This document shows, one piece after another, positions 58,125 through 64,000 of a stretch of DNA of 64,000 nucleotides (positions within the stretch are counted from its first letter, which is position 1; every line of letters begins with the position of its first letter). The DNA comes from a virus. Location: the IMG/VR virus record IMGVR_UViG_3300028591_000199, positions 4,163 to 68,162 of that record; one strand, 5' to 3'. The notes below the pieces were generated by a model, which saw only the letters and a program-made list of their open reading frames with translations, ran no database searches and had not been told where the DNA came from. The translations under genes and the position numbers were made by a program.

Positions 58125-58571
58125 TTATCTACTCCTCTTAATTTCTTTTACAATTTTTATTACGCTTTCTTCCGCGCGCAGGTGTAATTTTGTATCATCA
58201 CAGACATCATCCCAATATAGGTCGTGCGCGGTAATGTGCGCAGGAAGTTTAAATAAAGGTTTATCACCCGCTAAACTCCAACCCCACATTCGATGAAAAG
58301 TACAGCCTTTATAGGACATAAATTCTGTGTCTTCTTCAATGTATCCATCAAAAATTGTGATGCGCCCGTCATGAAATCCAAGCAACTCAGAAAGAGTTTT
58401 ATCATAGGGAGAAGCAACTTTTTCACCATACATTTTTTCATATTCAGACCGCGTATAATAACGTACTTCTTTAGTTGTATGATCAGGCTTTTCAATTAGA
58501 ATATAAGCACGCCCATTCTTCTTATATGGCTCCCCGATTAGAGGAAATTTTTGATATGTTTTCGCTACCAT
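58125..58571 (-). CDS. hypothetical protein
   Basis: ORF with GGAG SD. Confidence 0.65.
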   Translation of the reverse strand: MVAKTYQKFPLIGEPYKKNGRAYILIEKPDHTTKEVRYYTRSEYEKMYGEKVASPYDKTLSELLGFHDGRITIFDGYIEEDTEFMSYKGCTFHRMWGWSLAGDKPLFKLPAHITAHDLYWDDVCDDTKLHLRAEESVIKIVKEIKRSR

Positions 58572-58639
58572 AAGTTCTCCATTCTCAAAATAAAATCTAC
58601 ACTGTATATACTAATAATTTATAATGGTCATACAACCTC

Positions 58640-59194
58640 TTAGAGCATCTCTAAGCATTCCTTATATTTCGCTTGGCAGTCTGCAAGTACAGTTTCCAAA
58701 CTCACAGGTTTATTATTATGGCTATCCAAACCAACATGATACATATATGGGCGATCTTCAAAGAAATTAGTAAGTTGATGTGTATGCCCATAAAGATTTA
58801 TAAGTGTTTTGCTAAGCGACTCATGCTCAAGATTACCTGTATAAGTAGGATAATGTGAAAGGTAAAAATGATATTTGTTCCAATCAAGTTTATATGCTAA
58901 CTCGACATCTACTATATTATACACATGAGAATAAAGCTCTGCGCGAGTAGCAGTATCATGGTTTCCTAGCGCGATATGGATACGTCCTTGCAGTTGTTTT
59001 AGACACTTCAGACCTGACTCATTATCCTTTAGCATAATATCACCCAAAAGGTAAACATCATCATCCCATGAAACGCACTGGTTCCAATTTTTTATAATTG
59101 TCTGATTCATTTCATCTACCGACTGAAAACCACGTTTCTTCCAAATAAACTCACGATCGTGGCAGAAATGGGTATCGCTAGTTAACCAAATCAT
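58640..59194 (-). CDS. calcineurin-like metallophosphoesterase
   Basis: SDTHFCH, LGD, GNHD, SHYP, GHTH. Confidence 0.85.
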   Translation of the reverse strand: MIWLTSDTHFCHDREFIWKKRGFQSVDEMNQTIIKNWNQCVSWDDDVYLLGDIMLKDNESGLKCLKQLQGRIHIALGNHDTATRAELYSHVYNIVDVELAYKLDWNKYHFYLSHYPTYTGNLEHESLSKTLINLYGHTHQLTNFFEDRPYMYHVGLDSHNNKPVSLETVLADCQAKYKECLEML

Positions 59195-59251
59195 TTTTAT
59201 CTCCTTTCGTACTTCTTATACATACAATAAAATATTAAAATTAAAATTAAC

Positions 59252-59737
59252 TCAATCATTTTTCATCAACCAATTAAACCAATGCGCCATTATCGGATGA
59301 GTAAAGATCCAGTCCAGCATCCACTCGGTCGCCGCAGCCTCTTTGGGCAACTTATAATACTCATTTATAAGATGCGGCGCCGAATGATATACTGTATCCA
59401 AATCTATGAGAGAAAGAACAACACGCTTCTCAATATCTTCTTCACCTTCAAAAGCATCAGCATTATTGAAAGTGAAATAATGCCCAATTTCGTGCATTAT
59501 AGCAACAAAATCAAAGTTAAAATTATGCTCGTAAAGATCAAAACCCCAGTCTTCACGAATTGCGCGATAGTATTCATGAATAATATTACTTCCAAAATCA
59601 TAACCAATCGTAAAAGTTTTTGTGCGATCATTATAACAAGTTGCTTCATCCAAATCTACAACAATGGCACACTCGGGCGCGAAGTGATTTACGACGTGTT
59701 TAAGTTTTGCTATCGCTATTTTAACTTTGATATTCAT
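59252..59737 (-). CDS. putative zinc metallopeptidase (HExxH)
   Basis: MHEIGHYFT and YYKLPKEAAATEW. Confidence 0.6.
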   Translation of the reverse strand: MNIKVKIAIAKLKHVVNHFAPECAIVVDLDEATCYNDRTKTFTIGYDFGSNIIHEYYRAIREDWGFDLYEHNFNFDFVAIMHEIGHYFTFNNADAFEGEEDIEKRVVLSLIDLDTVYHSAPHLINEYYKLPKEAAATEWMLDWIFTHPIMAHWFNWLMKND

Positions 59738-59741
59738 AGGT

Positions 59742-60149
59742 TTATTCTATCCTTTCGTTCACCGTATCCATTAAATTTAGTATTGTTTTTAACTTATTGA
59801 ATTGCTCTTCCAAATCTTTTCTGTCTATAACTACATAGTCGTCTGTAGCCCACTCAAACCACTTATAATATTCACCTGTATCAGAATCTTTTACTATAGG
59901 TAAGCCCATCATTCCATTCCAATTACTAAAATCATTAAAGACTTTTATATCCTGTTTAGTGGGACAGTAAACATACATAATGTGGTCCAAATCATTCTGC
60001 CAATCTTGAATGAGATGAAGGTTTTCATCATATGCGAGAATTGTTGCTTCTTTACTCTTCTGTTCTAATTCATATTTTTTACATTCGTCTTCATTCTCAA
60101 ATCGAGTTCCATCATCTGCATAATAAATAATTTCAGTTCTCATCGCCAA
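59742..60149 (-). CDS. hypothetical protein
   Basis: YYADDGTRF..EDEC-KYE motif common in phage ORFs. Confidence 0.65.
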   Translation of the reverse strand: MAMRTEIIYYADDGTRFENEDECKKYELEQKSKEATILAYDENLHLIQDWQNDLDHIMYVYCPTKQDIKVFNDFSNWNGMMGLPIVKDSDTGEYYKWFEWATDDYVVIDRKDLEEQFNKLKTILNLMDTVNERIE

Positions 60150-60333
60150 AAGTCTCCTTTATAAAATCATTAAACCTTTCTTCAAATTCTTTTTCTTCCA
60201 AATAAAAGGGATCTCGACCATACCACGATAAAAAATTTATTAAAAGTTGTCCAAATCTCCAATCAGGACAATTAGACTGCCACTGCTTTGCTAGTCTTTC
60301 CATAAAAGGAAGTATTCTTGACTCATCTCTCAT
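60133..60333 (-). CDS. small hypothetical protein
   Basis: MRD..RI..W..PDWRFGQL..DPFY motif; promoter TTGATT-17-TGaTATAAT. Confidence 0.7.
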   Translation of the reverse strand: MRDESRILPFMERLAKQWQSNCPDWRFGQLLINFLSWYGRDPFYLEEKEFEERFNDFIKETFGDEN

Positions 60334-60405
60334 ATTTTAATACCTCTTTTCTTTCTCTATATATATTATATCATAAATTTCAAAAAAAATCAAATAAGGA
60401 TAGTG

Positions 60406-60735
60406 TTAACTATCCTCATTTTTATAACATATATGTATATAGTCCCATAATTCTTTTGGTGTGCGTAAAGGAATATCTTTTCCATCAAATCGAACCATGC
60501 CTGGCTTCCATTTGCGCCCAAAATCTAATTCATAAATGAAATAGTCCAAATCGCTTCCTGCTACTGGATCTTCAGGTAGCTCGCATAAAGAAGAAAACAA
60601 AGCATAATATTCAGAAATCCAGTTTGAAGGAACCCATTCACAGATATCTAATGCTTTAATAACTTGAGCTTCTTGTTTATACATTTTCTCTAAAGTACAA
60701 ACACCATTTATAAATTCTTCTTCTGTTAATCTCAT
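60406..60735 (-). CDS. hypothetical protein
   Basis: YFIYELDFG..DIPL-T-ELWDY motif; SD AAGGAG. Confidence 0.65.
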   Translation of the reverse strand: MRLTEEEFINGVCTLEKMYKQEAQVIKALDICEWVPSNWISEYYALFSSLCELPEDPVAGSDLDYFIYELDFGRKWKPGMVRFDGKDIPLRTPKELWDYIHICYKNEDS

Positions 60736-60741
60736 TTTATT

Positions 60742-61245
60742 TTACTCCTTAGAGTCTGAAGCGTAATGTGCATCTACCTTCCCATCAATAGTATGCTTTA
60801 TGATGCCATCCCATCCTTCCGCGAAGGTAGGATATTCAAGTTTATGCTGTTGACGAATAATAACAGAAGCTGGAACTTTTCTCGCGCGCCAAGACTGACG
60901 ATTGATTGCATCTTCTGCTGAAATAGGAAAATAATGTAACACCTTTAAATACGCATCCTCTTTACCAGATCGCTTCAATTCACGGAGTATCTGCTTGCGC
61001 GCGATGCGAGTAAGATTGGTTGCATCAAAAATTACATTTTCTTCATTTGAAAAAGCTTTCTGTAACTGATTATGCGCTATACCCCATACCTCTTTATCTT
61101 TGGACTGGTCAGCAGCATCACCAGTCAACTGTTCACGTAACTGATCCGGACAAATGATTATACAATCATCTGCCTCAGCTAACTTAAATGCCAGTGTAGA
61201 TTTTCCAGCTCCAGCAATTCCGCACATACAATGAAATAAGCTCAT
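60742..61245 (-). CDS. polynucleotide kinase (P-loop, AAA_33-like)
   Basis: GIAGAGKST, D-LR, FDATN, R..R.VP..VI, P...EGW. Confidence 0.8.
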   Translation of the reverse strand: MSLFHCMCGIAGAGKSTLAFKLAEADDCIIICPDQLREQLTGDAADQSKDKEVWGIAHNQLQKAFSNEENVIFDATNLTRIARKQILRELKRSGKEDAYLKVLHYFPISAEDAINRQSWRARKVPASVIIRQQHKLEYPTFAEGWDGIIKHTIDGKVDAHYASDSKE

Positions 61246-61248
61246 TTT

Positions 61249-62517
61249 TTAATCCTTTCCATGATATTTTAGAAGAAATTCATTAGATACTGCCTTAAAG
61301 GACTGTACGCCATCTACTGAACGGAATACAATGCCCTCACGCATACCACCGTCTATCATTGACCAACCTGATGCAAGCTTTAAGGTCTCCTCACAAGTTT
61401 TAGGAAGTGGCGCGCAACCAAGAACCGGCACGAAAGGCACATGCATCTTATCACACAAATCTTTACCGACATAAGGGTTTGCACGAGTTACAGTACCATC
61501 TTTGCGCCCAACAATGACATTAAAGATTGCAATATCATAATCTTTCATGCCATAATCACGCTTCTGAATACCAGCACCATAAATCTCGCCTTGAAGTGTC
61601 ACAAAATCAACTGGCGCGCAATCTGTAAACTTATCAAAGTAATCACGAAGCCAAAGCAGATGAAACTTCATATCATAACGTTCACTAATTTTTGTATAGA
61701 CATTCTCGTCATAGAAACACTCCTGCTTATTAGGAGTAAAACATACATTACGCGAACATACACGGTAATCACGCCCGCGCAGAGTATAAGTAGCAGAAGT
61801 GCCATCAATCTTCTCGGTCATGATATAAGCATCATAAGTCGGATTTGTAAACAAGAACGGCATATTCTGTATACGCTCCTCATCAGTCTTCTGTACCCAT
61901 ACAGGCCATTGAGACTTCTGCACCGTACGATAGAAAATCGCGACAAGTATTCTTTTACCCCAATCACGACGTGCTAGCCATCTTACAAAACGTGTCTTGA
62001 ACAATTTCGGATGACGAGCACCAATTGCAGCGAGCTTATTGCGTCCGCTAGATGACTTGCGTGTATTATCACTTGCGACGCAATAAGTGACATTCAACCG
62101 CTTAGTAAGGAAACGAGATTCGTCATTGATATCAATAACTTCATGCAATTTTGTATTATCATTAAGGCAAGCAACCTGATGACACTGCTCTGTTTGCCCT
62201 TCTTTAGTATAGGGCGCCCAACCAAATGCTGTTATGGGCATTAGCAATCCCTGTGAAATTTCACCACGGATTTTCTGCGATTTAATTTTATAATGTTTTG
62301 AAGCAAGAAAAGCCATATCAGTAAACGGCTTAACTTCTGGCAGTTTTGAATCAATCTCAAAATATACTGCTAAATCACTGATCTGAAATTCGCCTTTCCC
62401 AACCACACAATGCCAACCACCAACGTGCGCGCACTCAAGACGGTCAGCATCCATAGGGGTAATATTATCAACACGTACTAGGTAAGCTAGTTCACGCTCA
62501 TTATTTTTATTTAACAT
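61249..62517 (-). CDS. RNA ligase (Rnl2/DRB0094-like) with N-terminal OB-like domain
   Basis: KTDEERIQN, TEKIDGTS, CSRN, QGEIYG, EGIV, FKAVS. Confidence 0.85.
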   Translation of the reverse strand: MLNKNNERELAYLVRVDNITPMDADRLECAHVGGWHCVVGKGEFQISDLAVYFEIDSKLPEVKPFTDMAFLASKHYKIKSQKIRGEISQGLLMPITAFGWAPYTKEGQTEQCHQVACLNDNTKLHEVIDINDESRFLTKRLNVTYCVASDNTRKSSSGRNKLAAIGARHPKLFKTRFVRWLARRDWGKRILVAIFYRTVQKSQWPVWVQKTDEERIQNMPFLFTNPTYDAYIMTEKIDGTSATYTLRGRDYRVCSRNVCFTPNKQECFYDENVYTKISERYDMKFHLLWLRDYFDKFTDCAPVDFVTLQGEIYGAGIQKRDYGMKDYDIAIFNVIVGRKDGTVTRANPYVGKDLCDKMHVPFVPVLGCAPLPKTCEETLKLASGWSMIDGGMREGIVFRSVDGVQSFKAVSNEFLLKYHGKD

Positions 62518-62981
62518 ATAGGTTCCTCCAATTTCAAATTTATTCCATGTTCAATACACCAAATATTGATTTGCTCATACTGCGCGCGGGTCAAATTTTT
62601 ATACATTCCGTCTTTTGCATAATAATAATACATATTACTCGTAGTCAATTTAACCCAACCGCGCTCTATTAAAAATTCTTCCGCTTCACCTAAATCAAGA
62701 TCATTACCATAAATAATTTCTGTGATATAGGTTGCTTCTAGTGCATGAGATTGACCTTCATACATCTGACCATCAGGCGCGCACCAAGTATTCCGTTCAT
62801 TAGTGTCGCATTTAATTGGCATATAACCAGTCTTTTCATAAAGGTCATGCCAACTCTCATACTCTTCCAAAGGAGTGCTTTCAATTACGAAGCGAGGAAT
62901 CTGAACATATCCATCATGGCAATTAAAGTACTTCCCTCTAAAAAACTCATAATATTTATTATCATATTTGATAAATTCCAT
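62511..62981 (-). CDS. hypothetical protein
   Basis: W-APDG...H...L-ERGWVKL motif. Confidence 0.6.
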   Translation of the reverse strand: MEFIKYDNKYYEFFRGKYFNCHDGYVQIPRFVIESTPLEEYESWHDLYEKTGYMPIKCDTNERNTWCAPDGQMYEGQSHALEATYITEIIYGNDLDLGEAEEFLIERGWVKLTTSNMYYYYAKDGMYKNLTRAQYEQINIWCIEHGINLKLEEPIC

Positions 62982-62988
62982 ATAAACC

Positions 62989-63432
62989 TCAGCATTGTTC
63001 AGTTTTAGTTCTTAATGGCTTTAAATTCTCTAAATCCAAAGTTTTTAGAGCTTTAACATCTGAAATAGTCGCATAACGCCCATTTGCAACCATCAAACTT
63101 TGAACTTCATTATTCATTTCAATAAGAAGTATAGTCTTACCGATTCCATAAGCATATCCAGCTTCCCAGTTAGTACCAGCAGTAGTTTGAGTACGACCAT
63201 AGGATAATACAACAACTAAATCTGCTTGGTCTATATGCGTCACATCAGTAATAAATACCATCTGCGCCCATTCATCATTAGGATAATCCCAAGCATGAGG
63301 TATATGCATTTCCCAAGGGCAATAAACAGAACAACCTTTATCCTGTAAAATTTGTGCAACTTCATTTGCATTTTGACGCAATTTATCATTAGGAGCGCTC
63401 GTTCCAAAAGGTGCTGCTATATATACTCTCAT
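62989..63432 (-). CDS. nucleoside 2-deoxyribosyltransferase-family protein
   Basis: RVYIAAPF, VYCP, D..ID.AD, GTNWEAGYAYG, SLMV. Confidence 0.78.
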   Translation of the reverse strand: MRVYIAAPFGTSAPNDKLRQNANEVAQILQDKGCSVYCPWEMHIPHAWDYPNDEWAQMVFITDVTHIDQADLVVVLSYGRTQTTAGTNWEAGYAYGIGKTILLIEMNNEVQSLMVANGRYATISDVKALKTLDLENLKPLRTKTEQC

Positions 63433-63507
63433 TTTTATTCCTTTCTCTTTTCTATAATTATTATAACATAATTTTAATAAAAAATCAAATAAAAAAAGAG
63501 TAAATAA

Positions 63508-64000
63508 TTACTCTTTTTCTTGTAGGCTTATTTTAATTGATTTAATCATAATATCTGTTTGTACTTTATCAAGAAGTTCATCAACATAAGGGTCGTTTTT
63601 ATTATAGGGGCTATCTTTAGTAAAACGTTCACACATTTTGTCAATATGTTCGATTGACAGACTTGCTATTGTACGTGCTTTATCCCGATCATACATACCT
63701 AATTTTACTTGTATTAAGTATTCAGGATCACAAGGCTTTAAGCAGGCTTCATATGGTGCGCCGACTATATAGCGTTCAAGATAATCTTCCACGCGAAGCA
63801 GATGATGTAATTGTTTAGGATCATATCCATATTTAGCAAGCACTTTCACTTTTGATGGATAAGGATGCTCCATTGCGTGGTATTTCTCTAAAGCAACTCC
63901 TTTCATTGCTTTAATAGCACTATAAATATTATAATGCGCGACTGCTTCTCGATTTTTAACTAATCTATCCCAATCTTCTTTATAAAGAGGATTAATTATA
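63508..64000 (-). CDS. predicted nucleotidyltransferase (RlaP/NrdC.11-like), C-terminal part; runs off the window
   Basis: GYDPKQLHHLLR and L-VK-G motifs; frame stays open to the window end. Confidence 0.55.
   Translation of the reverse strand, partial: IINPLYKEDWDRLVKNREAVAHYNIYSAIKAMKGVALEKYHAMEHPYPSKVKVLAKYGYDPKQLHHLLRVEDYLERYIVGAPYEACLKPCDPEYLIQVKLGMYDRDKARTIASLSIEHIDKMCERFTKDSPYNKNDPYVDELLDKVQTDIMIKSIKISLQEKE

Overview
64 kb segment of a large, AT-rich tailed bacteriophage with siphovirus-like organisation. The host is probably an anaerobic Firmicute/Clostridia, inferred from sigma-A promoters with TG-extended -10, strong SD sequences and a class III RNR. 0-16 kb (+): replication and nucleotide metabolism (recJ, a SAM methyltransferase, dnaE, an nrdH-nrdD-nrdG operon with a group I intron/GIY-YIG endonuclease in nrdD, a ferredoxin:thioredoxin-reductase/NDT-like fusion, NDT, uracil permease, dUTPase, RuvC-like resolvase). 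16-44 kb (-): virion morphogenesis (terminase, portal, protease/scaffold, capsid, head-tail, two tail-tube paralogues, tape measure, Dit, Tal-like). 44.2-54.4 kb is the most unusual part: about 17 self-contained expression cassettes (operator-like box, sigma-A promoter, 1-3 small ORFs or an ncRNA, hairpin), separated by the palindrome CCCGGG. The block contains duplicated and inverted cassette genes and several recurrent TF-box-like motifs (PhoP/WalR-like, Rex-like and two others). It is almost free of GATC and AGCT and has similar 18-mers at both edges, so it is a candidate terminal repeat / first-injected, shufflable host-takeover array. It is followed by a CAGCTG repeat cluster, phased T-tracts and a repeat/hairpin region. 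56.5-64 kb (-): small early genes and an RNA-repair set (phosphoesterase, PNK, RNA ligase, nucleotidyltransferase). All calls come from reading motifs by eye; no database searches or computed counts were possible.
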